A stretch of DNA of 64,000 nucleotides, from positions 1 through 64,000 of IMG/VR virus record IMGVR_UViG_3300023210_000017. One strand, written 5' to 3'. Within the stretch, counting starts at the first letter, position 1; each line of letters opens with the position of its first letter. This document shows positions 38,301 through 50,800 of this stretch, piece after piece. This DNA comes from a virus. The position numbers and the translations under genes are program-made. The notes beneath the pieces were generated by a model that had not been told where the DNA came from, did not search any database, and saw nothing but the letters and a program-made list of their open reading frames with translations.

Positions 38301-38455
38301 ATTATTTAATGGGTATAGAATCAAGCAAAAAGTCAAATTCAAATGAAACATATGCTCAGAGAGAAAGAAGAAATGAACAAGGCGCAAGCAGAAAAAAAGG
38401 TGGAGCAATGAAAGCATGGGCATCTCCATTTTACACAGGAAAGATGGGTGTTTAA
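35339..38455 (+). CDS. conserved crAss-like cargo protein
   Basis: NIEAEGGE...GPKHSKGGVP...FIFSD domain; helical Ala/Gln/Asn-rich C-terminus; ATG 35339 follows the upstream stop. Confidence 0.6.
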   Translation: MPKIKNTKHRVLISNLPKGFELVDGELVKKAHGGLVTGDQHNYGLVTFNPHAGDSENDRDVDVRYSLSSVPRDAANIEAEGGETVLTDLTNDGNYGLYDITGPKHSKGGVPMFLPEQSFIFSDTEKMKMDKTELAEFGIESKKKMTPAKVSKKFDLNRYYGLLNSEYADKTQANSAELMLTKNSESLSKLAFGQELKKDFEEGVPVAAHPYLNSIGIDPMEFTAQVEQRQQGGQEQMGEMRYGGILRKAQVAGPAPCPEGQEWDDAVQACVLKESTSEQPNGPFAPQNQYTSSAYSEYENDDINDGTLPANPGQFGLTRPETPAVETPTYGAPTVERTNKKGMGARMEQGLDRFMDSPGVDKFAEIGSFGVAAANVGNQIALNTKGEQAKQDMLKMSMVDNSVGVVDYDPNALGYTGVQEGLINKTLQGQGPSGYNGYYGEDGMEIPKAQEGTETGYYDVMGNWYPIDKPLSTGTDFAMVNGFSATKEELDQFVIDQQAEFDRQTAELNGTPAKAEQLWESGKTYKGGSPEWNQWYMSDNAEQYRDDRYTAYKARRESKGLKSLDADAYHDIYLRGQKQINAIQQRYESDPTTLTDKKWDATQNDFYNEQIDLLNADIEAANTAGLAADPDYKAKPLYKGLSDSEVGDFQSGYIGGKFLQSNIGGTSKDLVDMIHKGVNDQTVNVGADTYNISPEDKWFGDTTVGQWEEKTIPTYNEKTEKCECEFEGQTFEMTPLNDGGCPPCPEKEQKILDDAEVPEEIAPTAKVPFIQDILKLRSIANRKRDLFLPWEPAERKVRYEDVLEDPTRIIAAANSDANAAMQAAGAFAGPQALGARTAAIQGQNARAIADQVGAVNQRNVATINRGNAVRGQFEDSYNQRSNASNKRVYDNTMKALQIGMDEQNFDNEQYIDQLGNTITNASHAYNDNSLRDYYGYNPLKGGDVYQKGSKAFKPVPEVDRFAHVDKAGEIAKRYRLATNSEPSKEMMNYLMGIESSKKSNSNETYAQRERRNEQGASRKKGGAMKAWASPFYTGKMGV

Positions 38456-38490
38456 ACTTTAAAAGTGTTTTTAATTTGTTTTTTAAACCT

Positions 38491-38510
38491 ATAAAATTTT
38501 ATTAATTTAG
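38491..38510 (+). promoter_or_regulatory. candidate promoter (TTTATTAATTTAG class)
   Basis: Near-identical to 17722..17742. Confidence 0.5.
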
Positions 38511-38514
38511 CAAT

Positions 38515-41500
38515 ATGGCAACTTACGTACCAGGAGTACCACAATATTTACCAACATTTAAACCATTTACACCGGACTTTAAATACCTATCTAATGTAGT
38601 AGATGCAAAAGAGCAGAAGTATAATTCTAATCATAAAGCATTAAATGATTTATATAGTAAAGTAGTGTATGGAAATCTTTCTAGGGAAGACACTAGAGAA
38701 ATGAGAGATCAGTTTGCTGAAAACTTAGGTCCAAAATTACAACAAATTTCAGGAATGGATTTATCCATGATGCAAAATGCAGAAGCTGCAAAATCTATAT
38801 TCAACCCTTTCTTTGAAGAAGACCTTATTGTTAAAGATCTTGTAACAACTAAAACATATAGAGAGCAAATGCAGGAAGCTGAGTTATTGAGAAATAATTC
38901 AGATAAAGATCTTCGTGAAATGTACTGGCAGACTGGAGTACAGAAAATGCAATATGAAATGGAAGATTTTGTAAATGCAACTGAAGAAGATGCAATGAGA
39001 ATGGCTGCACCTAAATATACTGCAGATGCAGATCTTCATGAAATGGCTATGGCTGTATTAACAGAATCTGGTCTTGAGACTGGGGATATTTCAGAGTTTT
39101 CTAAAGATGGTATGTGGAAAATAACTAGAGCTAATGGAGATCTTATTAGTAGAGAGGCATTACAGTTAGTTCAAAAAACACTTAAAGATGATCCTAGAGT
39201 TATAGATGCATATCATGCTAAAGCTTTTGTAGAATCAAGACAGTTTGCGGATAATGGTATAAAAGAAGGAAAATATCAAAATGTTAATGAAGGTCAAGTT
39301 GCTTGGGCTGCAGATAAAATATCTGATATAGAAGCACAAATTGCAGAACAAAATAAAGGTTTAGTAAAAGAAGAAAAAGTTGCTCAAAATACAGCAACCT
39401 CTTGGGATGTATATAGAAATGAGCATGATCTAATAAAAGGAAGTAAAGAAGCAAAACTTGCTAGAGAGTCTTGGTCAGTTGTTAATGCTATAAAGCAAAA
39501 AATAAAAAGTAACAATGCTGCACTATCTGATACTAAAAGTGTAGATGTATCAAACCCAGAAGAAGTAGTTCCTGAGAATAAACAAAAGCTTTTACATAGA
39601 GCATACGGTTTAATGATGAATTTAAACATGGAATCTGATCTTCAATCAGCAGCTTTAATATATAGTAATATTGGTAAAAAGATTGATTTTGAAGCAACAG
39701 AACTTCAAAAAAATAAATATCAAATGGCTCAAATAGATAGACGCCATGAAAATGCAAAAAAATTAGCAGATTACAATAGAACGAAAGACAAGGAGGCAAA
39801 TGCTGTAACTGGATTTGAGTTTATTGATGAAGCTGTAGGAGCTGCCGGTCAACTTAATACACATACTGCAAAAATGGTAGATGGTAAACTTGCTTTACAT
39901 ACAGATACACAAGCAGACCAAGATGCTAAATACAATAAGCAGGATGATATATTAATGCGAAATAAAATAGACATAGCTTTAGGAGGATTAGCTGGTCTTG
40001 ATAAAGCTGGTAGCACAACTGCTTTATATACTGTACCTGGAATAGGTAAAGATAAAACTATGAATCAGCTACAACAAATAATGAAAAATGGTTTAAGTAG
40101 TGGCAATGAATCAATCATAGCTGCTATAGATGCAGAATATTATAGAATAGAAGATTTATTTGATGCTAAAGATGCAGAAGTAGCAGCAGCATCTGATGGC
40201 AAACCTTATCCTAAAAGCGAGCATTATCTTGCATTGAGAGGAGGTATGATAGATATTGAATCACATCAAGGTGCAATAGATGCTGCTGATTCAGCAGTAA
40301 AAGCATCTCTTTCTAGAAACCTTAATAGATTAGCAAATACTGCATTAGACCAGGTTGACGGGCAAGAAGAAGCTGGAGCAGCAGTAAAGCAATATATGAA
40401 TTCTAGTGGCCCTAGTATTTTTTATGAAGATGCAGAAGGTAACACTCACAGGTATACAGAAAAAGAATTTGTTAATGTATTTGCTGATTGGGCTCAAAGT
40501 GATAAAAATAAAACTAATGTAAGAAATACATCTTTTGATGATAGTAGTTTCTGGAGTCATGATGGAAGTGAGCAAACCGTAAATGAAGATGGAGGTGCAG
40601 CTAAGTTTGGTTATGGTCAAAATAGACCTGTACTTGGAACAAGTGTAATAAACATAGCTCATAGATCTCCTGGTGGTGGTGGAGGTATGGATCCAAATGC
40701 TGGATCTCACACGGTAACTAATTATGGAGATTATGATGGAGACTTTTATTTTCAAAAAGATTTAGCTAGAACACAAGCTGAAACAATATATAAATCTCAA
40801 TATAACTTAGCAAACAATTCTGCAACTGGAGCATTAGAAGGAGAATTTGGAGTAGAAGGATCAATGTTTGAAACACCAGATTTTAATCAATTTTTAAAAG
40901 GTGTTGATATAGCAAATATGACTCCTGGAGATATTGCTTCAAATCCAAGTTATATAGCTGTTGTAGATCCTGCAAATGCAGATCCAAATGGTGCAGGTGT
41001 AGATTTTTTAAAAAATATACACTATGCAACACAAGTTGATGCTTTTGGAACAGATGTATATATGAATGATGTAGCATTCAATGAGCATCAAGCGAATGAA
41101 GGAAAATTTCTGAATGCCGATGATCAAAATTCAGAAATACTTGATCCTGCTGATGATGATTCAGCTGGTCAAGCAAATTTTGATGCTGGTCAAGCAATAT
41201 TAAAAGATTATTACATGGAGATAAAAAGATTGCAGGGAGCGGGAACTCCTACTAAATCTGACTATCCAATAGCTACAATACAATATTTCCCAGCTTGGAG
41301 TGCTGATGCAAATGATTTTAGTGGTGGTAAAGCAGGCTATACAATTACATTTGGTGAAGATTATATGGATAAACATAGAAAATCAGGTGGTATATTAGAT
41401 GGCCTATCAGGAAGTAATGGTGGTAAACCTTATGTATTAAATGTTGTAATTCCTAGTGAAAACGATCATAATGTTAGGAAAGCGGGAGAAATGAATTTTT

Positions 41501-41874
41501 CATCTGTTGCTGCACAGGTAGCTTCTAGTACAAACGGAGGATATCAATATGTAGCTCCTTTAGGTGGATCCTTGAATATTACTCAAACTCATACTGGCCA
41601 ATTTCAAATAGACTATTCAGCATTACAATTTGATGCTGATGCTGCAGGAAAAGGAGAAAATATGTGGAAATCTGTTCAAGAAACAAAACTAATGGAATAT
41701 AAAGGGGTGCCTATAACATCTCTTGATAGAAGATATTTAGATTATTTTGTAAATGAATATAGAGGTTTACTTGATAATAATGGAATAACTAATGAGGCAG
41801 ATAGAGCTAGTTGGTTAGCTTCACATCCAGAAATGAAAGTAGAAGGTCCAACATATCAATATGATTATAAATAA
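38515..41874 (+). CDS. cargo/ejection protein preceding the virion RNAP
   Basis: 1119 aa; MATY...FKPFTPDF start then long helices, as in crAss-like pre-RNAP cargo genes. Confidence 0.6.
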   Translation: MATYVPGVPQYLPTFKPFTPDFKYLSNVVDAKEQKYNSNHKALNDLYSKVVYGNLSREDTREMRDQFAENLGPKLQQISGMDLSMMQNAEAAKSIFNPFFEEDLIVKDLVTTKTYREQMQEAELLRNNSDKDLREMYWQTGVQKMQYEMEDFVNATEEDAMRMAAPKYTADADLHEMAMAVLTESGLETGDISEFSKDGMWKITRANGDLISREALQLVQKTLKDDPRVIDAYHAKAFVESRQFADNGIKEGKYQNVNEGQVAWAADKISDIEAQIAEQNKGLVKEEKVAQNTATSWDVYRNEHDLIKGSKEAKLARESWSVVNAIKQKIKSNNAALSDTKSVDVSNPEEVVPENKQKLLHRAYGLMMNLNMESDLQSAALIYSNIGKKIDFEATELQKNKYQMAQIDRRHENAKKLADYNRTKDKEANAVTGFEFIDEAVGAAGQLNTHTAKMVDGKLALHTDTQADQDAKYNKQDDILMRNKIDIALGGLAGLDKAGSTTALYTVPGIGKDKTMNQLQQIMKNGLSSGNESIIAAIDAEYYRIEDLFDAKDAEVAAASDGKPYPKSEHYLALRGGMIDIESHQGAIDAADSAVKASLSRNLNRLANTALDQVDGQEEAGAAVKQYMNSSGPSIFYEDAEGNTHRYTEKEFVNVFADWAQSDKNKTNVRNTSFDDSSFWSHDGSEQTVNEDGGAAKFGYGQNRPVLGTSVINIAHRSPGGGGGMDPNAGSHTVTNYGDYDGDFYFQKDLARTQAETIYKSQYNLANNSATGALEGEFGVEGSMFETPDFNQFLKGVDIANMTPGDIASNPSYIAVVDPANADPNGAGVDFLKNIHYATQVDAFGTDVYMNDVAFNEHQANEGKFLNADDQNSEILDPADDDSAGQANFDAGQAILKDYYMEIKRLQGAGTPTKSDYPIATIQYFPAWSADANDFSGGKAGYTITFGEDYMDKHRKSGGILDGLSGSNGGKPYVLNVVIPSENDHNVRKAGEMNFSSVAAQVASSTNGGYQYVAPLGGSLNITQTHTGQFQIDYSALQFDADAAGKGENMWKSVQETKLMEYKGVPITSLDRRYLDYFVNEYRGLLDNNGITNEADRASWLASHPEMKVEGPTYQYDYK

Positions 41875-41883
41875 AATTTAATA

Positions 41884-44800
41884 ATGGAAGATATCATTTT
41901 AAATAATCAGGTTCCAAACAATCCTGTTGGAGTGCCAGATGATCAATTTAATTTTCAAACAATTTCAGAATTAGAAGTTCCGCCAAATTTAGCAGAATTT
42001 GATAAATCTTTAGATCCTGAATATGAAGTAATGTTGGAGCAGCAATCTGCTTTAATTAATAAGTTTGCAATGGCTGCAACTCATAATTATAATTCTCCAT
42101 ATCCAGCTCCATCAACTGGAGGTTATAATACAGCTAGTCAACAATCTGCACCAAATCCTCATACATTGCAAGGTAAGTTAAGATTATTTTCTGATGTAGA
42201 TAAACAAGATCCCGTAGTTAAAGAACAGGGTATGTTTGGAAGTAATGTAGTAAAAATAGCAGATCCTGTAGTTTCTGGAATTAGACAAAGTAATTTTGAT
42301 AGATTCTATGCTTCCCCTGCTTATGGTAAACTAGGTTGGCATCCTCATGCTAACATGGAAGAATACTATAATGAACGTACTACTTGGTGGGATGATACTT
42401 CAAGAATGCTTGGTGAGTTAGGTGCATTAACTGGAACTGGTTTTTTAAGTGGTTATAGAAGTTGGGGTGATTTGGATAGTGTTATGGATCTTCAAAGTGC
42501 TGTTGAGTATGAAGATGCAATAAGAATTGGTTCTTCTTCTAAAGATGGTTTTGGTGCAGGCTTTAATAATTTTCTTCTTAATGCTGGTTATACATTTGGT
42601 ATTATAGGTTCAATTGCTTTAGAAGAAGCTGCATTATTTGGTCTTGCTGCAATACAAGGAGGATTAAATCCTGCATCTGATGCTATATTAGCGGCAAGAA
42701 CTGCATCTAATGCAAGTAGATTAGCCAAGCTTGGTAGAAGAGTTGCAAATAGTTTTTCAGTTGGTAAGTTGGCTCAAGGTACTAGAGCTATAGTTCAAAA
42801 TTTAAAAAGAATAGAGAATGCAAGAGATTTTTATAGTGTTGCTAAAGCTGGTGGAAATGTATTAGGTAAAATGCTTATTCCAGAAACTATGTCAACTTTT
42901 AAAAATCTTAAAAGTGCTCAGAAAGCTGGAGAGAATTTAACCTGGATGGCAAGAAGTTCTAAAAAACTTGGAGGATTTTACAGAGATGCTAGGTCTATGA
43001 ACTTTGCATTATCAGAAGGTAGAATGGAAGGTGGTTCAGTTTATAAAAGCCAACTTTCTGCAAATTATGCTATTCAAGCAGAAAAAAATAGAAGAGAAGG
43101 TTTAGGAGATGTTACTTCAGAGCAAATGAAAGCGTTAAGTGATCAAGCATTGGAGGCTGCTTTTGTAACAAGTTCATGGAATGTTCCGGTTATTTATTTA
43201 TCTAATCAATTACTACTAGGAAATGCTTTTGGAGGTTTTAAAAGATCTCTTAGTCAAATGGCTAGAGATAATATTAAAGGTGTTGGTAAGAGAATTCTTA
43301 AAACTAAAGCTACACTTGAAGGAGCAAAAGGCGCTAAAAAAGTAGCTAGAGATGTTTTTGAAAAAGTAGATGATAGTTTTATGGATTGGAAATATCTTAA
43401 AGCTAAGGTTAAAGCTGGAGGTGCAAAAGGTGGGGTTGTAATGGCTGCTGGTGCAGGTCTAAGATTTTTTGCAAATAATGTTGCAGAGGGTGCTCAAGAA
43501 CTTTATCAAGAAGCTGTATCTGCAGGTGTAAAAGATTACTATACTAGTTTAATGCGTGATCCAGCAAATTCTAACATTCAGCAAATGAAAGCATCTGCAC
43601 AAGCAGGTCTAGGTGAGCAATGGAGTGGTCAAGGTTTAGAAACATTTATGTCTGGATTTTTTATGGGAAGTGTAGTAAGCGGACCACAAAAATTAGTATT
43701 TCAAGGAATACCAAATCTTTATCAAGCTAAGTTTAATAAGACTGAGTATGCTGAATACAAAGCAAATAAAGAAAAATTAGTAGATGCAACACTTAAGTCA
43801 CTAAATAGTAGTTGGAATTCACAACAAGAAAGTGTTGATTCAATGTTTGACACAGATACCTTAAATTTTCTAGAGCAAAAGCAAGCTGCTGAAGCTATGG
43901 AAAGTGCTACTATGCAAGATAATGTATTTGATTTTATGGATGCTGGTGATACGGCAAGATTTTCAAGTCTGCATAGAATGTTTAGTACAGGAAAAGAAGA
44001 CTTCTTTAAAGAGCAATTGCAAGATTATTTAACTATGTCCGATGAAGAATTAGGACAAGCTTTTCCTGCAGAAGCAAAAGCAGCTAAATCTGGCAAGCTT
44101 AGAAATAAAATTCAAAAGCAGATAAAGAATATTGATGTAATGCGGGAGATGTATGATAAGCATAATGAGGATATGGTTAATCCTTATGATCCTGCTGCAT
44201 TTACCCCAGGCTCTAAAGAACATACTGAAGAATCATATAAACATCTAGCTTTTAATCACGCTAAGATGCTATTCATGTTTACCAAAGATGGTTTTTTAAA
44301 AGCCGGAGAAAGAGCTCAAAGTATTTATAATAAATTAGAAAGTGATCCAATAATAAAAGAATTAGCTGCAAATGATATAACAGTTCTTCTTAATAAAGAT
44401 ACTTTACAAAAAGAAATTAAACAACTTGAGGAAGAAATCCCAGGGCTAGGTGAAGCAGGGACCAAGCTTCTTAAAAAGGATAAAGAGAAAAAATTAGAAA
44501 AGCTTAAAGCTATTGCAGAAGTATTATATGCAAATGAGAATCAAACACTATCAATAAAGGATAAGCGTTTTGATAGAAGAAAAACTAGCAAACTTATGCC
44601 TAAAGTTTTAGACTATTTAAAAATGTTAGCTAAAACTAAAAAAGATTTTGTTGATGAATCAAGAATAAAAGAAGTGATTAACATGATTATAGATCATAAT
44701 CATTTATCAAATAGACAAAAGGTTTATGATAAGGCTATACAATTTATGACCAATCCTAAAGAGTTAGATCTTATTGTTAGAAGAAGTGCTGAGTATATAA

Positions 44801-47800
44801 AGTTTGCACATACAGATAAACTCAATCTTCAAAAAGAATTAATTGAAAAGTTAATTTTAAGAAAGGAAATAAATCAATTACTAAATGAATTGATGAAGTT
44901 AGATGTATATGTTGATCCTAGTGAAATGTTAATGTTTAATGAAACTGGAGACTCTAAACATCTTAGAACATTTCATACAGAAGATGGAATATTAAATGAA
45001 ATAGATGATCCAGTTTTGTATAATAAAGTACTTAGTATAATAGATGTATATAGACAAACTTCTGGAGTTCAAGAAAAAATTGATGCTGAAAAAGCTGCTG
45101 AAGCTGAAGCTGCTCAATCTGGTACACAGAGTGCAGATACTACAAAAAGTAAAATTGATGAATTGCTTGAAGAAGAAGGTATTAAAGCTCCTGAAGTTAA
45201 AATTCAAGGTAAAGCAAAAAATGAATCTCCTGTCTTAGATAAAATTATAAACTCTAGATGGATTCAATATAGAGCTATGCAGGCAAATCTAGGAAATGCT
45301 CCTGTTACTTTAGAAGAGTTTTTAGAAACAGCTATTGCAAAAAATATTATAACTGCATATACTGGTTTAAAAAAACTATGGTATCAGAGTTTAATCAGTA
45401 TGGAGAATGAGCAGATAAGAATGCTTAAGTATACTACTGATAATGGGTTTTTAAATTGGCTATCTCTTCAAGAAGAAAATCCTATAGTTTTCAAAATATT
45501 AGATGAAAGTAATTTAGATTTTAAATTCTTTTTGCCTGACTTTGAAAAACAGAAAGGCGAGCAAGCTGGTAAAGAAGATGGGGAAAAAACATTTAAAGGT
45601 TATACTGGAAATAATGTAGAAATAATTGAAATAGAAAGTATAGATATAAACACAAAAGAAAAAACTACATATTATCAAATACGTCAAAAAAATGGAGACT
45701 ATGTTGAAGAAAGTATATCAGATTCTGTTGCTCCAGGCAATCCAACTTTATCTTTTACAGATGCAGCTGTAGCTAAACAAATAGCTGCAAAAATAGATCC
45801 TTTAGTAGTTAACCTTGATGCATATGAATTCGGAGGACAGACTCTTCAGTATGGTATGAGAATAAAGGATGTAAAAACAGGCAAGCATTATATTGTATTG
45901 GCAAATCCTTCTGATGTTAAATCTGGCAGAATATATGTTTTAAATGAGGATTCTTCATATTTATTAGCTAGTGATAAACGTACTAGAAATGCAAGTGTTG
46001 AAAAAGGAAAAGATGGTAAAAGAGGATTAACTGAAGCTGAATTTCAAGCACGTTTTAAAGTAGAAAAAATTAATCTTGGTGCAACCGCTTTACCTAAAGG
46101 AGCAAGTAAGTTAAGACTTGATTCAGCAACCAGTTTAATACCACATAAAAATGATAGAGGTACTAATACTGAAGAAGGAAAAGTATTAGCATTTAGAAGA
46201 TATGCATACATTGTTCAAAGATTATCTAAAGAAGAATTAGAAAGTTTAGAAGTTGAAGTAACAACAAACTCAAATGGTGGAGCATTCATCCGTCAATTTA
46301 AATTAGATAAAGAAGGAGCTGAACCAAATCCTTTTATAGATGCAACTAGCGCCCCTTATAATATTGCAATTAAAATGCCTGAAGCATTATCAAAAAAAAT
46401 GAATAAGCTTCTTTTAGCTGAAAACCTAAATCCAACTAAGGATGGTATAATAGGATATATTCCAAATGGTGATGTAATATTAAAAGATAGAAAAACCGGA
46501 GAGGTGATCAATCCTTTAAATATACAAGGAGATCAAATTTCAGATTTATTTAGCACTTCAAAAGATAGTGAGGTAGCAGCAAAAGAAATCCAACAAAGCT
46601 TTGCTATTCAGTATACTATAATGAATGCAATAAAAGATAAACTTGATGGTGCATCTGAAGGAACATTTAGTTTAACAGATATAGGTGGAGTTAATTTTTC
46701 AACTACACCTGGGTATATAGAATTTCTTAAAAAAGGAGAAACTGTAAGAATTGATCAACTGCATCATAATACAGTTGATGGTAAAGTTGTGATTTTAAAG
46801 AATACTAAAAGAAGAAATAAAAAAGGAGAAGCAAGTATTAGTACAGCATTTACACCAATGGGTTTACCTGTTGAAGAAGAATTGGCATTTGAGAAAAAAA
46901 TTAAATCTGAAATGAATGATCAAAGTTTAAACATATGGGATAGCGCAACTAATGCTGGAAGATATGTTATGATTGTTAAACAGGATAATGGCGTATACTC
47001 ATATTTTCCAATTAAATCTGATAAATTAGAAGCTGAAGAATTAAATACTTTAGCTGATGCATTAATTAAACAATCAGCAACAACAGCAAAAGAAAATGTT
47101 GAAACTAATGAAGATGGTGAAACTAAAGTAAAAGATTTATCATATAGTTCTGCGTGGAATCAAGATTTAAATAATGGAGAAATTGAAGGTATTTCAGGAT
47201 TCTATATAGCTTCTATACCGGGTTATTCTTTTGATATTAATATAACAGCAAAAGGTGGGATTCAAGTAAAAATTTATGATAGAGCTGGAAATGAAGCTAT
47301 ATCACTTATAATGTCTAATGTTTCTGATATAGCTCAATATGCTGGTGCTGAAAATAAATCTGATTTAATAAAAGATTTATTTGAATTAGTTAATGAACAA
47401 TTAAAAGATGCTCCTAGTAAATTTACAAAAAAGACTTCTGATGCTAGAAAGAAAGTTATAAGAGATGCTTCTAAAAATATAAGTTTAAATCTTGACTCTT
47501 TAAGAAAATCATTTTCTCAAAAAACAAAAGCTAAAGACATTATAGATAATGTAGTAACAACAGTATCTCCAAGTATTAGAGCAGGTGCAAAAATAATATC
47601 TAATGTAGATGGTGTAGATGCACAACAAATGATAGCTGCTGGTGTAACTGTAGGACCTTCAGTTCCAACTGCTGGTACATTTACGCCAACTGAAACTTTT
47701 ACAGATGCGGATGGAAAGCCTATACCTAAAGGACCTGAAACAACTACAAGTAGTGAAGATTTAGATATTGATCTAGCTTTACTTTCTGATGAAGCGTTTA

Positions 47801-50800
47801 AGGAAATGCAAGATAAAGAGTTTATAAGCCTGACTAATAATCAAAAAGATTTTATTGCAGATAAAATAGCAAAAGACGGATTAACTAGTTTATCAAACAG
47901 AGAGTCTCAGGTAATGGAGTCATCTTATAGAGATATAATTAATGGAAAGGTTGCTAAAAAATTAGCAAGTAAATCTTCTACTGCATCTGATCCTAAAAAA
48001 TCTACATCTGAAAAAGAAGTGGTGAATTTAAGAGCAGAGTTGGAAAAAGTAAAATTAGAAATAGAAGCACGAGAAACAGAGCTTTTTGATAATAAACTTA
48101 CTAATGCTGAATATATGCAGCAAATAGATCCAACTTCTAAAATATATGATAAAAACTTAAAAAAATTAGTAAAAGAACGCAATAGCATTCTTTCAAAACT
48201 TGGAGCAAATAAAGTTATATCTGATGATTTAACTACTGAAGAAGTTGCGCACATAGATGAGTTTATACAATGGGCTGCTGAAAATCTACCTGACTTTATT
48301 ACAATAGAAAATATTGATACTTTAGGTAATAATATGAAATCTGGCGGTCAAAGAGTTGGATCATTTGTAATGGCACTTAATAATATAGCCGGTAAACAAT
48401 CAATTAACGGAACTATATATGCAGGTACATCAACAAGACACGCATACCATGAAGCATTTCATGCTATATTTGAAATGCTTTTAACTGAAGATCAACAAAA
48501 CCAATATTATAAAATTGCTAAAAAAGAGCTTCTAGGTAAATTGAAGTCTCAAGGTAAAAGTCTTAAGTCTGCATTAGAAGAACTTAAAAATTCTGATATA
48601 GATAAATATAAAAGATATTCTAAAGAAAAACTAGAAAAGTTATTGTATGAGGAATATATGGCAGATGAGTTTGAGCTGTTTAAGCAAAATCCAAAAAGCA
48701 CTAAAACTGATTCTTGGATTAAGTCTTTGTTTAATAAGATTATTGAGTGGCTTAGAAATGTATTGGGTACTTATAATGCTACTGAATTGCGAGTTTTATT
48801 TGAAGAAGTTAATGCAGGCAAGTTTAGATCTGGCAAAGTTCAATCTAATCCGTTTACAAATGAGGCTGCGTCAGGCGTTACTTTGGATGTCAGTAAGATA
48901 ATTAGAAGTAAAACAGTAAAAGGAGAAGATGGTTTTGAGTATAGTGTAAGTTTAGATCCAGATGTAGGAAGAGGTATGGTGTCTTCTATTGCAGCTAGAG
49001 TTATAATGCTAGAGTTAGAGAATGAAGATCCTAATTTCAATATAGCAGATGCGGTTACAACTTCAATTGATCTTTATAGAGATCTTTATAAGCTTGATAA
49101 TCCTCAATATGAAAATCTTTCAAAAGCTCAATTTGATCTTTTAATTGCAATAAATAATTCATTTGAAGATTTTGGATATGATTTTTATGAAGCAGTTATA
49201 GATGAACTTAAACTATATGATATAAAACTTGAACTCAAAGAAGAAGAAGATTCAACATGGGAAGAGGGATATGGATTAAGATCTACAGGAGAATATGATA
49301 AAGATGCTTCTCAAAGTGGAGGAGTTAGATCGTTGCCATCTTTCATAAGAAAATATATAGGTACTACAACTATTAGTGAAAAAGATATCTTTGGTCAAAC
49401 TGTTTTAAGAACTTATGAAAATGACAAAGGTGAGACCGTTAATGAAAATATTATAACAGCTGTAGATTTTAGTGCAGCTTATTCAGGATTTTTAAAAGCT
49501 GCTAGTGGCAAGTCTGATCCTGTAACTATATTGCAATCATTATATCTTTTTAGTATTGACAATCCACAAACAAGTGCGGTTGTACAAAGGTTGTTCAATG
49601 ATTTAGGTATAGTATGGGAAGGCCAACTTGAACAAGGTGAACTACCAGGAAAAATCAAACAAAATGGTTTATTCCAAGCTATGCTTAAAGGATTTGAAAA
49701 CTTTAAAGTTGATTACCTATTTATACACAGAGTGCTAGGAAATGGTAAGAATGATCCAAATTCAGGTAAAGTTGTAACATATGATGCAGCTAATAGAGAT
49801 GATGCTCATGAGCAAATAGCAAGATGGACAGATAATTATAAAATGTTACGTAAACAATTTAATTTAGATCCAAGCTTAAGCAAAGATCTTTCTGATAAGT
49901 TAAATGAGTTAATGAAATATTTAGATTCTGATAATAAACAAGAAGAAATATCAGATAAAAAATTAGGAGATATATCTAGAGAATTTGCAAAATTATTAGA
50001 AAGTACTTTAGGTATAGTGTTAAGTCCAAGATATATTGCGTTTAGTATTGCTTCTAACTTAGTTATTGCAACTCCTTATCAAGATGCATTACTTAGATCT
50101 CAAAAAGATATTGTACCTATACAACATAAAGTTATAGAAGAATTACGTATTGGTGTTGATAATAATGCTGATATCATGTCTGAAACTGAAGAAGGTTTAT
50201 ATGGCAGACTTAGAACAATGGCTTTAGGTAATGCACCATTTGATGAAAGAATAGGTGCGTCAGTATTTAGAAATCCTAATGGGGATTTAGTATATGCACA
50301 TCAACTTCCTACATTCCACCTTAAAAGAATAGCTTCATTAAATGATGTTAAAGGAAAAGGTGCTGTTATTGCAGACTTAGCTGAAACAGATCCTTTTTTA
50401 GCAATGAACTTTTTAGTAAAAAGTGAAGCTATGCAGAAGCTTTCTGCAGAAGGTAGATTGAAAATTACTAGACTTTCTGGTTCAAAATCAAGTAGATCTA
50501 TTGAAAAAGATGAAGCTGGAGGTATAACAGAGACATATGATAAAAATGAAAAAGGAACTGTATATGGGGATTATAATCCTCAAGAATTTATAGTTGGTTT
50601 ATTAAGTGCTTATATATCAGGTGTTAATCCTAAATCAGGAAAAGTAAATGATGTAATAGTAGAAACTGAAAAGGATGGAGAAAAAAGTGTAGCAATAGCT
50701 CCAGTTTTACTTAGAGTGATTGAAGCATCTAATACAGGAGATATGATAGGATTACCTATTATAAAAGCTATATTAAAAAGTTCTTCTGGAAAACCTAAAA

